From Amoeboaphelidium protococcarum X5 (lineage: Eukaryota > Fungi > Aphelidiomycota), in assembly GCA_023515725.1 (NCBI GenBank), contig JALDTO010000266.1:2436217-2500216 (forward strand): a DNA stretch of 64,000 nucleotides, given 5' to 3'. How positions within the stretch are numbered: position 1 is the first letter of the stretch; each line of letters begins with the position of its first letter. The notes beneath the pieces are model-generated. The model ran no database searches and had not been told where the DNA came from. It saw only the letters and a list, made by a program, of their open reading frames with translations. The position numbers and the translations under genes were made by a program. Below, piece after piece: positions 42,799 through 55,469 of this stretch.

Positions 42799-44079
42799 TC
42801 ACTGAGTATACTTTGATGCACTGGATTTACTTTTAATAGGTCTCACTAGATTGATTTCCAAGTAGTGAGCATCTCTCCCGGATTTCACAAATTGATCCTC
42901 AAAGAGTTCAGAGCAGTTTGGTCTCTGCAGAGGATTCTTGGTGAGACATCTTTCGGTGAAGCGTTGATAGTTTTTGGACATTATCTTTTCACTCTCTCCT
43001 TGTTCTTACATTGTCGGAACTTCGTAATGCAGCTTGCATAACAGTATTTTGAGAGCAGGCCATTGACTAAATGGAGTTTTGCCATGTGTCATTTCACACA
43101 CTGTGATTCCTAGAGAGTAAATGTCTACTTTCTAGTTAAACGTTGTTGCCTACATTATATCATTAATTCAGTTATAGAAGAGAAATTGCATTATCACGTC
43201 TTGTAATTATTCCTACCTGACTAATCACTTCAGGAGCTTACCATTCCGGATCTCCCACAAATTTATACACGGATGGTTTTAAAGTGCCTTTAGACATTTT
43301 ATCAATCAATTGATGCATCCCAGTAATCTTTATCTCTCCCGTCACATCAAGCCAGATATTGTCAGCGCGTATGTTACTACAAAAAATTCATAGTACAAGT
43401 CGGAGTCGGATCAGTATGCATGACTATAGTACTTACTTGTGGATAAGATGTTTTTCATGGAGATAATTTAAGCCTTTAATCACTTCCTTAATTATGGTGG
43501 CGACTATTTGTTCGCTTGGCAGACCATCAGGATGGTAGTCCATCATCAGCTGCTTGATAGATCCCATGCGGACAGGCTGAGTGATTGTCCACAGCTTCTC
43601 GCTCTAATCAACGAAACAAGTATAGTATTGCAAGATGCTGGGATGGCGACACAGTTTAGTGTTTCTCACAATGTTCTACCTTATTAAAGATTGGGATGAT
43701 TTGAAATAATGTTCAAAGCATAAAGTGCTTACAATCATTTCCAGTATAAGCTCATAATCTGTAGATAGACTAAGATCGGTGACTTTGACAGTAACAATGT
43801 CTCGCTTGTTGACCAGGGACGGAACATCCATTGAAGCGGGCTTGAATCTAGCACAATATGCTTGAGATATATCATCCATAATTCCAATAACATTCAATAG
43901 TTCGTAATCATCCGCAGATTGGCTATACTATACTTGAGGAGTTGTCTTTAAAGAGGATCCAAAAGCGCCAAATGATATCGCTGAAGACTACAGATATGGT
44001 ATGGTGACATTGCTCAAATATTTTATTAGGAAAATCTTACAGCGCTTTTGCTTCTAGAATGTGGTCTACTTAAACTCAT
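42799..44079 (-). CDS. STE20-related pseudokinase, STRAD-like (5 exons)
   Basis: DDYELLNVIG, RHPSILQY. HNNIRADNI replaces HRD and KITGM replaces DFG. GDPEWQAPEV, DIYSLGIT. Confidence 0.78.
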
Positions 44080-44324
44080 TGATAAACTATGATCAGTACA
44101 AATATGGCTATAAACTTTACAATATTTCTCAAAAGCATGAAACAATTGGAAAGCGAAACGACAAGTCCGGCTTGCGAAGATCGTTCTTTTAAAATGATTT
44201 CAGTAAGCTCCTTGACGTTACTTGCTGGCAATCTTCTTCCAATGGCGGAACCGTGGCAGCTATAGATAGGACAAATGCAAATGTGGTATATATTGTATGC
44301 TTAACTTCGATTTCATCTAAATAT

Positions 44325-44396
44325 GGGACCTTGGTTTAGGGGTATAATTCTCCGTTTGGGTCGGAGAGGTCGTCGGTTCGATTCCGGCAGGTCCCC
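44325..44396 (+). tRNA. tRNA-Pro (anticodon TGG), copy 1
   Basis: Cloverleaf with acceptor GGGACCT/AGGTCCC, anticodon arm CTCCG-TTTGGGT-CGGAG and T-loop TTCGATT, followed by a T5 Pol III terminator. Confidence 0.95.
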
Positions 44397-44599
44397 TTTT
44401 TGGGAGATTTAGCACCTATATCCCCTTTTTATTGTCACATGAAGTAGTAAATCTGCAACCTTAGATGTTGGCTTGTGGTCGGAACGCATTTTTTGCTCCA
44501 TTACTGCTTTATTTTAGCGTGATAAGAAGGAGATGATTAGATAGTACTGAATCTCTTTTGAGGCTATTGCCCAAGTTTTCTTTAGTAGAATAGTTCTAT

Positions 44600-45560
44600 G
44601 TAGAATGGATTGGCGAAATCTGCATTAAAGTGGTAGTGGTGAAATTCTTGTACATATACATGTTGCTTCAAATTAGTGCACTATTTCAATTAGCAGTGGC
44701 AAAGTTTACGTAAGTAAAGACTTGCACTTTCGAGGATGTGTCCAACAAGCATTAAAAATGTTGTAAAGGATGTTCAGATAGGTATACCGCGAATATTCTG
44801 CAGAATAAGCTGTACCTATACGCGAAAGAGATGATAACTTCCTTTTAGCAGCAATTGCACTCGAAGAGAGAAGTTGATCGCATTGACACCGATGTCAAGC
44901 TGCGTGTAGCTCTGTAGAATAGTTCTATTTATATGATAGATATAAAAGTAAATTGAGTAGTGTAAGTGGAGTAGCGCTGTTGATAGTCGCCTTGAGTATT
45001 TTGGATAAATACTGTCAATGAGTTCAAAGATCGTGTGGAAGTATTGTAAACCTTTTGCCCACTATGCATGAGGATGATCGCGTTGATTAGAGTATTAATT
45101 GGTTGATGCGCTGTCGATTTGAATGGTTTGAAAACAGACAAAGTACCGTTGATCATTCATGAAATCTGGGATATCTTCACTGCGGGCTCTGTTTGACGGA
45201 TCCAATCGTTATGTAAATGCATTCATGTAAGAGAAGGTCTTATTTTGTGGGCTGATCATCAAGTGCCTGCCTGATTTGTGTCCTGTTAGAGCTCTAATTC
45301 TCTGGACAAACACTGTATGCTCGGCGCTGGAAGAACGCGTTATACGCGCAACTGCAATCAGCAGGATTGGAGTATGTCATTATTGTCGAGCACCTGGATA
45401 CTCTGTAACACATCCCTGATCGCCACAGTCTGCGTGATAGATATATGGATCTTGCTTGCTTAGAAGAAGTTTAATGACCTTGATTATGATGCGCTGGTGG
45501 ATAAAAAGTCTTTAATGTTTGTAGTGAACTTGATACGTTTAGTATTGTTACGTCTCAGCG
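44600..45560 (+). pseudogene. Highly degenerate tyrosine-recombinase-like relic
   Basis: EQAVPI (~44810), DLCPVRAL (45273-45296), RHSLR (45421-45435), and AGG[TAA]K 26 codons after the His. Multiple stops and frameshifts. Confidence 0.45.
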
Positions 45561-45879
45561 CCCAAAGCGACTAGCGACTCAATTTAGTTGTTTATAAAGA
45601 AACAAGTGGTGAGAAATTAGAAGCGATGGCACATCTGCTGCTGGATTGTTTTCTACTTCAAGACAATCCAACAACCATGCAATGGTGTAACAAGTCTGCT
45701 CTCTCCTCAATACTGTATTGCAACACGATGTTCTCTCCCGGCGCCACCAGTCTTAATACTGACCTTAAAGCTGCTTTTACTGCGAATAGCTCCACTACTG
45801 CTTCTGCTGGTGATATTGTTGTTACGTCTAATTATCCATATACCCCTACTTCCATCATACACAATCCCAACATTAGGAT

Positions 45880-46290
45880 CCAAAATTACTGCATGCTAAA
45901 GCTGTAGAAGATTATTTGCAATGGTACAAGCATATCAAGTCTCTGTCACTTAGTGGCGTTTGGGAATCCTATATCAACTTTGTCATTCAACACCGAGTTG
46001 GCAATGCTAGTCATTGAACCAACCATTTCTAATGATATCGCACGTACCATGTTAGATTGCGAATCTGCTACCTAGTACTGGTCCGAGTTAGAAGGCGAGT
46101 ATGGTGGCAAGTCAACAGTCAAGAAGATAGAACACTTGCGCGCTATTGCCAAGTTCGAGTTCTCGGATGACATAAAATCTGGTTTCAAGTACGTCACAGA
46201 GCTGGAGAGAAACCTTATTGCGGCAACAGTGGCGACTCGAAGATCGATATCAAGGTTTTCGTAACCATCATTTTAAGGATTGGATATGCC
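45880..46290 (+). mobile_element. Copia-like gag (UBN2-type) fragment
   Basis: IEPTISNDIARTMLDCESATQYWSELEGEYGGKSTVKKIEHLRAI. Confidence 0.55.
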
Positions 46291-46299
46291 CCGCCAGCT

Positions 46300-47450
46300 A
46301 GCGTGATAATGATGAGAAAGCACTACGTAGGCTAAAACAAGGCACTTTCTCTGTCTCCGCCTATGCGGCTGAATTTAGATTTCTCTCTTCTGGAATAAGA
46401 TGGAATGATACCTTTTTAAAGTCTGTATTCAGAGAGAGTTTGAACAATGATGTCATACTGCTTATGTTATCTACGGATGAGCCGGAGTCTTTGTATGAGT
46501 TGGTGAAGTTAGCCATCAGTTGTGGTGAACACGATGCTGATATGAAGGCCTTAGCTGTGGTAATCGTCTATTCAGAAAGTAGCACTCATCCGTTGGATCT
46601 TATACGGCTTCTGCTCATTCTAACTCTTCTACTTCTGCTTCTAATCCTTCTTCTAGTGCTTCTCATCCAGACAACATGGAAATTGATTAAGTAAAGCGTG
46701 GTACTCTGTCTGCAGAAGAACGCCAGCGTAGACTGACTGAGAGATTATGTTTATATTGCGGTGGTGCTGGAAATATTAAAGATGACTGCTCTGTATTGAA
46801 GAATCGTACTCAAGGGTGACTCTGGAATGAATATATCTTTAGTCTAACTTCATGGCGTAGTAAAAGAGGAAGAGCTTAGCAGGACAATGAACTACCACCT
46901 TAATGTATCTAGGGTGGACAGTCCAGTGCCAATAGTTATATAGCGATTAATCCCGTAAAAAGGACTAAGTTGATCAAACTCTCCATCAAAGGTGCTGAAG
47001 CAGTACTGAGTGCCCGTCAGGGAGTAATAAAACTGAAGAAGCCTGGCTGTAACTGGAGCAAAAAATGATCAAGTGGGACGCGTGAAGAGCTGTCCAGGTG
47101 CGATGGAAATATTGGAATTGCTGACTAATCAAACAGCAATTATTATGCTGTTGCCCCCTAGGGAAGTGGTCAGTATTTTATCATATAGATGGGACCATGA
47201 GATTATCAGCCGTGTGATTCGGCTCTTTGTTTAAAATAAATTATTATTTATTAGTCTAACTTCAGCTACTTCATCAAAGATGATTCTTCCCACTTTCTTA
47301 AAGTATGGCCACCAGAGTATTCAACTTCTTTTCCTCTTAGATTCTGGTGCTGACAGCTGCTTCATTAATGAAAGAGGCGCGCATATATACTGTAGATACT
47401 TGCCTATTCGAGATCTAAATGATGAGAGAGGCGCACACTTGAAACAAAGT
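46300..47450 (+). mobile_element. Ty3/Gypsy-like gag and protease fragments, degenerate
   Basis: MEIDQVKRGTLSAEERQRRLTERLCLYCGGAGNIKDDC (zinc knuckle 46748-46789 with His changed to Asn) and aspartic protease FLLDSGADSCFI (47331-47366). Confidence 0.75.
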
Positions 47451-47514
47451 TGATGCCCCTCAGAGTCATCGATAAATACTTGATGGACGAGTGTGCCCAC
47501 ATTCCATCTAAAAA

Positions 47515-47586
47515 GGGACCTTGGTTTAGGGGTATAATTCTCCGTTTGGGTCGGAGAGGTCGTCGGTTCGATTCCGGCAGGTCCCC
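47515..47586 (+). tRNA. tRNA-Pro (anticodon TGG), copy 2, identical to copy 1
   Basis: 72/72 identity with 44325-44396, followed by a T5 terminator. Confidence 0.95.
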
Positions 47587-47797
47587 TTTTTGGCAAGTTC
47601 CAATTTCTTTTTTGGACCTTAGATGCTGAAACAAGATTAGAGATACTTTAAGAGACTAAATCATTCATATGAAGTATGGTTCTGCGAATTTGAAAGTAAA
47701 CTCATAGTGCTATTCACTTTGTAGTAGCAGATCTCTAATCGTCCCGTTGTCTTCTCAGCGTTCATTCCAGATTTCAAAGATCTAAACTCGTGCAAGT

Positions 47798-48480
47798 ATG
47801 ACGACCACTAAGGATATTATTAAATCTGCAAAGAAATCTTTGAGGAAACTCTACTCAGATAAGTTGCAATAGATTTCATAGTCAAGTATATAGAGACAAA
47901 GTAAGTTTACTTCAGTAAAGCGTCTTTGATCATTGTCTTTTATATTGTTGTAGGCAACGCGGTCTGTCAACACCTTATAACCCTGAAATCTTATTAGAAT
48001 GCTAGAAATGTCAGTGTGTATCTTTCAATGCCAGGGGAAATCGATACCAATCTTATTATTCGACACTTGTTCAATGATGGAAAGAGTGTGTTTGTTCCCT
48101 CTTGGAATAAAGATGAAATGATCATGGTCAGAATGCAGTCGTATGATGAAATCCTGACTTTGCCACGCAACAAGTGGAACATCCCAGAGCCAAAGATTTC
48201 TGATAAAAGTGTCATTGCTTACAAGCCGTCGGAAGTTCTTGATTTGATTCTCATGCCAGGTGTGTGTTTCGATCGCACTAGAATGAGACTTGGACATGGA
48301 AAGGGGTACTATGACAAGTTTATTGCCATTGCGTCAAAGTACGCGTTAGATAATGGCGTCTCAAGGCCATAGTTAATAGCTTTATCGTTGAATGAATAGA
48401 TCAGCGATGACAATGTACCTACCGATGCTCATGATTAGCAAGTTGATATGGTCATTTCTGAGTAGGAAATAATATAATGA
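47798..48480 (+). CDS. MTHFS: 5-formyltetrahydrofolate cyclo-ligase (intron 47901-47953)
   Basis: AKKSLRK, YLSMPGEIDT, NKWNIPEP, DLILMPGVCFD, RLGHGKGYYD, PTDAHD. Confidence 0.93.
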
Positions 48481-48562
48481 TTTTTGTCGTTAGTTCAAGA
48501 AGTTTTGTTAACACTTTCTTCTTTGGGCGATAGTAGTATGAAAACTTCTAAATTGGTTTAAA

Positions 48563-49509
48563 ATGGTAAACTAGCTAATATTAAACAACTCTCAATTGCC
48601 ACACTAAATTCTGTAGGGAAACGATTAAAGTTCTATATTACCAGAGAATGAAATCACAGAGACCAACAAGTCACTTCCATCAACACCTGCAGCTCTGAGG
48701 CGGTTGAATCAAGTAAGTTCTTGCCAGCATCAGAGAGAATATCAATTCATATTGTCCGATTGTAAAGGGAATTATTACTGTCAATCGAAGGTCTGAAGAG
48801 AGCGGGATTAATCAAGATTCTGATATTAAGGAACTATAGTCTTTGCCCAAGGTAATATACGTTTTTAATGTTGTATACTTGATCAATGAACTACTGTACA
48901 ATGGTGTAGTTTGCTCCGATTATACCTCAAGCTCTTGCATAAAATTAAAACGCGTTTCCGTCTCAAGTTGTAACTTCTAAGCGTAAGTGTCACATATATA
49001 TTTTTTTAATTAGTGTGTGTCAACTTTTGAATGATGTAGCAATGGGAAAAGATTAGTTACTCCGAATGCATAGCATATTGAGAGCACATACTGATGCTGT
49101 CAATTAACGCGTCACGTAGTCTTAAATTATACTTATGCGAAATATTATGGATTGCGAGAAGGTGTCTATGGATACGTAGAGATACTTGGATGATGTCCAT
49201 AAACTGTTAGACTCTGCGAACTCGGACCTCTACGTCACTATTAGCCTCTAGCGATAAGTGGTGAGTTGCAATCAGTTGGTAAAATCAATATTTGATCAAC
49301 TATCATCTCTGTCCCACACTAGTACTAATGTCAAGTAAATGCTGGACGACAATGAAAAGTTTCCGATTCTTTCATCACTGTACAGGCATAGAGTATCAAA
49401 AGGCGCCTATTAGTAAACTGGTGATGTTAGTTCCATTTAAAGAAGATAGGACACGAGCAAGAGTTCAAGCAGTGTGGCTTTATCTGAAACAAGCATAACG
49501 CGTTCCTGA
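48563..49509 (+). CDS. BORC subunit 5 (myrlysin/LOH12CR1)-like protein (5 exons)
   Basis: ATG|intron|GGA AAC GAT TAA AGT gives the myristoylation-type start MGNDQS. GIITVN...DSDIKELQSLPKFAPII is followed by a coiled coil. Absent from the ORF track. Confidence 0.68.
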
Positions 49510-49752
49510 TCTTGAATTAATCATTAGCATTAAGTCATATTTTAATAACAGTTTCTCTTTCTTACTCTTCTTGTCACTGCGGGCTGTTTCACTGTTTTGT
49601 ATTGTGCTTGAAACAAAAGATTGCATTTTAGTCCATAAGCTGCAGACGCGATGATCGCAACTTTCTCTCTTATTTCTACGTCTCACAACCGTTTCTTTGG
49701 TATATCTACAAATCAGTGTTGAAGTCATTATTATTTCACTTTAAATTGCATA

Positions 49753-52700
49753 ATGAGTAAATTGGATTCGTTGATAATTCGTGGGTTTAGATCATTTGAT
49801 CCTAATAGTAGTTAATAGATTATGTTTTAGACTCCTCTCACTTTGATTGTGGGTCAGAATGGTAGTGGAAAGACGACGATTGTCGAGTGCTTGAAATATA
49901 TAACCACTGGTGAGATGCCTTCAGGTGCTAAAGGCGTATCTTTTGTACATGATCCAAAGGTGAGTAATGAGAGGGAGGTGAAGGCTCAAGTGCGGCTGCT
50001 GTTCAATTCCTAATAGAATGAGTTGTGTTTGGCTGTGAGAAGTCTTCAGGTGACTGTGACGCGTGGTAAGGCTTCATGTAAGACGCTCGATGGTGTAATT
50101 AAGAGAAGAGATCCTGTGACCGGGGATGAAGTTTCCATCAGTTCTAGATGCGCGTCTCTTGATACGGAAATTCCTGCATTGCTTGGTGTGAGTAAGGCCA
50201 TATTGGAGAATGTTATATTCACTCATCAGGAAGATTCATTTTGGCCGTTCGCGGAACCAGCAGCTCTGAAGAAGAAGTTTGATGATATATTTGCAGCTAC
50301 TTAGTATACTAAAGCACTTGTCACGTTGAAAGATGTTCGTAAAGAGAAGACTGCCCAGTTGAACGTTGAGCTTAAAGAGCTCGAACATCTTGAATTTAAT
50401 AGTGAAAGAGCGCAGAAGATTCGCGTCCATCTGGCCGAGGTCAAGTAGAAGATTCTTGATCGTCGCTCTTCTGTGCAGTAAGATTAAAATTTGTCATTGA
50501 AACTGCAGAAAGAGCTTGATCATCTTCTGGATGAACTATAACAGATTAAGGAACTGAGTAGCAAGTATGAGCGTTTGCAGTCTGAGATTAATAACTACCG
50601 GCAGTAAATTTAGTAGCTGCAATCTTCGGTGCCTGCTATCGACGATTCTGAAGATGAAATTCGTGTAAAATTGGCGACTTGTTAAGAGTAGATTGGCAAT
50701 TTGGCCAAGGATGAGGAGTCGATTGCATAGCGCAGATCCGAGCTAAAGGTAAAGAATGAGAAATTGAATTAACAGTTGTCCAATCTTGCCTCTCAAATTG
50801 GAAAGATTGAGGCTTAGATTGAACATAGTCATCTGTTGTAGTCTCAGCTTGATTTATTGTATACTGCGTAATAATCTGAGTATGGTATACCTCATTCATA
50901 AGGTGGTGATCAAGTATATGATGAATTGTTATAGAAGCTGGCTAATTCTCAACGCGCACTCGATCAAGTATCTGCTGAGAAGTAGACGAAACTTCGTGAT
51001 ATCACAGACCGCATTAATATAGTCCAGAGGGATAGTGTTGTGGCATCGGGGAAGATCAAAGATAAACGGTCTACTAGATCTCGTAATATTCAGAATCTCT
51101 CAGAGTTATTGAATTAAATGAACTAACTGTCTCAATAAGGCCGTGATTTGGACAAAATGAGAGGTGAGCTCAACGATCTTCAAGTATAAATGGAATCTCA
51201 ATAGGCTTAGATTGAGTCGTAGAACTTTTCTTAGTAGGAGGCATAGGCTGAATCTGAGGCATAAGACATCAATAGAAAGTTGATCGCCTTGAGAGATTAA
51301 TTGTCTATTGTGAATTAGTCGGTTGAGCAAAGAGCAAAGTTATCTTTGAAATAGTCTGAGCTGAGCTCTGCTTAGAGTTCTCATGATAGATTGAAATAAA
51401 GCTGTGTATCTGATCTTTTGAATGTGGTTGGAGTGGTGCCTGAGGACCTGGACGTTGTGGAGTACATTTCCTCTCAGTATCTTGCTTATTCTGAAAAGTG
51501 CAATAGTTTGGAAGATAAGTCACAAAATGAAAAGATGCAACTGTAGAATATTGCCAATAAAATTTCGTTCAGAGAAGAATAGCAGCAGAAGTTGTAGAGT
51601 AAAGTGTAATAGTTGGAAAGTTCAATTGAATAAGTTTGCGCTGTTGATGATTTTGAGTAAGTGCTCAAGGATGTCAAGGAGTAAATTGATTAGAGTTCAT
51701 AGTAGCAGCTTGTCAATCAGAATTCATAGGAGGTTTACGAGTATCTTTTGCAGTAAGCCAATGCGGATAGTTGTTGTCCTCTATGTTCAAATGGCTTGGA
51801 TTCTTAAAGTCTTAATGTTATGAAGGACAAAGTGAAGTAGATTGCTGCTTCTTTACCCAAGTAATCCAATGATATGAGAATCCGTTTACAGTAGCTGAAC
51901 AAGAAGTACGAACAATTAATGAAGCTGCAACCTCAGGTTGATCAATTGTTGTCTTTGAAGTCAAACGAAATTAAATAGTTAACATCAGAGTTGTCTAATC
52001 TTCGTGGTGTTTAGCGCAAGCAATTGGGCGAATGTGAGGAGATGTAATAAGAGCTAGATCTGCTCAAGTCTGAGCTGGCGCTGTTTACTGATTTGAAGGA
52101 GAAATCTCGAGAATTATCGTAGTTGAAGACTTAAATCAAAAGTTTGCAGGATGAATGTTGTCTATTGCAGACGAATCTGGATAGTGCAGGAGTTGGCGAC
52201 GGTGGTGATTAATCTGCTGTCGATATCCAATCCTAAATTGACGCGTTGACCTTGTAAGAGACTCAATTATCGACTCAGCTCCAATAGATCCGACGTCAGA
52301 AAGATGACCAAATGCAGTAATTATCTCAGATAACAAAGAATTATAATGCGTTGAATTTGCAAGTTGTCGCATTGGCTGGCAATTTGTCTAAGCTTGAAGA
52401 CTTGAGAAAGAAGAGATCTGAATTGCAAGGTGCCAATGCAGATCTTGAGCGAGACATTAAGGAGTTGGAGTCTTCCGTATCTCTGTATGGTCCACAGCTG
52501 AAAGAATTGGAGGCTGAACATTAAAATATAATGACCGACTATTAGCAGAAGGAGAACGTGTAGTAGAAGGAGATCCAAAAATTGCAACAAATCATCAATC
52601 AACTCTAGTCTTTGCGTGATTAGATAAAGTAGATGGAAATTGGCCGGTTCGAATCTCAGCTAGCAGAGTATAGGAATGAGTAGAAAGCAATGTCAATTGA

Positions 52701-53676
52701 GAAGAATTCTCTTGAATCCCAAATGAACGCTGTGAATGAGGAAATTGCAGCCTTATCTCAGCGTTCGAATACTTTAGAGATTGACATTCGGAAGTATCAA
52801 GACACTTTGCGTATGCTGAGCATTGAGACTGCGGTAAAGAATTTGTCTGGGTAGATGATTGATCTTGAGGGGAGAATGAAAGTCGCTGACGCTGCAAGAG
52901 TTTAAAGGACTGTTGATGCTAAACGATAACAGTTAGAGGAATGTAATGCAAAGAAGGCTGGAATGTAGGGAGAGTTGCGTCAACTTTAGATCTAGAGAGA
53001 GTCGTATGAGAGCAGCCTTGGTGATGATTACAAGGACATTGATGACCAGCTTCGTGGATAGCGCATCAAAGTGAAGACTGCATAAGTAGCTACTCAGGAT
53101 TTGGAGAAGTATTCAAAGGCTCTTGAGAGTGCCATCCTCAAATTCCATTCCATGAAGATGGAGGAAATTAATAAGATTATCAGGCATTTGTGGTAGAGCA
53201 CGTACCGCGGCAATGATATTGACTCTATAATGATATGCTCTGATGTTGACTCGACCAATGAGAAAAAGTCCACTACAACTACGCAGCGTTCATATAACTA
53301 CAGAGTTGTCATGTAGAAAGGTGACACTTAGATGGACATTCGCGGCCGCTGCAGTGCCGGATAGAAAGTTCTGGCCTCCCTGATCATTCGTCTTGCTCTG
53401 GCAGAGACTTTCTGCATCAACTGTGGTATCCTGGCTCTGGATGAACCGACCACGAATCTGGACGAGGACAATGCCGCAAGTCTTGCTGAATCTCTGCATA
53501 GAATCATAGAGATTCGGAGATAGTAGGCCAACTTTCAACTGATCATAATCACTCATGACGAATAATTTATGCGACTACTTGGTGCTCATGAATATGCTGA
53601 AGGCTTCTTTCGCGTGTCCAAGAATATGTCCGGCTACTCTAATATTGAATTTCGCCGATTCAATCAGGCTACTTGA
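49753..53676 (+). CDS. RAD50: DNA repair protein Rad50, ~1307 aa
   Basis: [37 protein letters not shown], zinc hook CPLC, RGRCSAG[TAG][19 protein letters not shown]. Confidence 0.97.
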
Positions 53677-53814
53677 TCTCCATGTGATGCGTTCTAATTG
53701 AAATCTTAAAGCTGCATAATTGCACTCGGTCTAATAATAAGATATTCATTCGTCTTCTCTTCATAATTATTTCATTCAATTTCTCCATTTCTATATTAAC
53801 GCAAAGCTCACGAA

Positions 53815-55140
53815 TCAAATGCTCAGATCCTAAGACTTGATGTGAGGCAGACGTAGGAACGTGTCAGTTCCGTGACCAGGCATAGACATCAGTTTAAGAG
53901 AGCCACCAGCCCACTCGGCATAAATTCGCGCCATCGGGAGACCATATCCGAGACCAGCCATAGGTCCACCACTACTGTGTATAAGAGTCTCTTGACTGGC
54001 GACGGAAAGTACATTCCCTCCGCCAATCTCCTCCTACTTGTCCACCGTGGAGTATGAGTATCGCCACACATTTTCAATCTCATTGCGCGGAATCCCACCG
54101 CCATGATCCCTGATTCTGATAGTCACTACACCATCACCATCTATAAGAGTGATATGAATCTGTGGTACATGACCAATCTTATTCTTCTTCCTAGTATGCA
54201 GTATTGATGCTCTGAATGAATTCTTCAGCAACTCAGTCAAGATGTACTCCAAATGCACTTTGATATACGGGAACTGAATATCTCCATCTATCACAACCTC
54301 CGGCTCCATACCATAATGCAATTCAGACAGTTGCGATACCATAGGCACAATGCTAGACTTTAAAAGATTCCTTGGATTGATATGAAAATCCACAATACCT
54401 CGACCAGAAGACGCGCGTTATCCATAACCAAAATTGTCTTACTATTAGTCAATCGCTGCCTTGACATTTTAGTGGTGAAGATCATCTCCTGCATTTCCCT
54501 CATTTAATGCCAGATAATGCTCAGCCAGAACTCTTACTCCAATCCGCTACTGAATAGTCTTATTCAAGAACGACGTGACCAGATCCTCTGATAAATACGG
54601 TCGACATTCAGACATCCCCTGCGCCAGAGTTTATATAATTTCACTATGAGAATCTACCATTTCCTTGAGCACTTGCGGAAAGTCTTATGACTGCGTATGA
54701 GTATGCTGATGCGCTTACTTATGCATGCCTTGTCCATGTGATAATTTTTATTCCTACTATTACTACTATTATTATAATTATTACTATTCAAATAATCTCA
54801 GTCGCTCCAGACTGTCCAAGTACAACAGGTAAACTCGCTTTATATACGGATTCATTCCAACGATAAACGGCAGCGCCTGGATATTTCTAATAATTCTAGC
54901 AATCCTCGTAGGCAGTTCCCTCTATACCAGTTGCGTAGTCTTATCATCATTGGACCAACTGAGTAACTCTGACAAGGATAGTCGCGTTATAGGTCTCGCT
55001 GCGTACTCAGCGACATGGTCATCATAGAATGAATAGTCGCTACTACTACTGACTTTACTTTGAGGATGCACCAGCGGTCTTTTCTGAATAGATCTAGTGA
55101 CGGGTATTATCCGTTTAAAGCATTACGTACGCAGAGCCAT
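53815..55140 (-). CDS. Mitochondrial alpha-ketoacid dehydrogenase kinase (PDK/BCKDK family, Pkp2-like), ~441 aa
   Basis: [55 protein letters not shown], with a polyQ insertion. Confidence 0.92.
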
Positions 55141-55469
55141 AATAATAATGCAGTGATTCGAATTTTAATTTCATGGTGAGCGGAGAAGAAGAGACAAAAC
55201 TTGAAAATATACCAGTTGCGATTGTATCAAATACAAAGTGAATTCGCCAAGACAAAGCAACGCTGTCACAACCATCATTAGCTATCAAATTTATTAGACA
55301 CGTTTTAAATCAATGCCCAAGATAAGAAAATGGCAATTCTATACTGTAGAACTCGTAAGTAAATCGTTTCATCAGCAAATCCGATTAGTGGTCACCGAAT
55401 AATAATCACATAGATGGATGAATAAAATGCAACCCCTGGTGTGCCTTACAGTGTATTTCCATCAGTTTG

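Noticed and set aside
44325-44396. Possible suppressor tRNA decoding TAA/TAG
   Set aside because: The anticodon loop TTTGGGT gives TGG (Pro). No tRNA with a TTA or CTA anticodon was seen in the window.
44325-47586. Direct repeats as LTRs of one intact retrotransposon
   Set aside because: The repeats are tRNA genes without TG..CA ends. The interior mixes Copia, Gypsy and recombinase-like pieces, with no recognisable RT or integrase.
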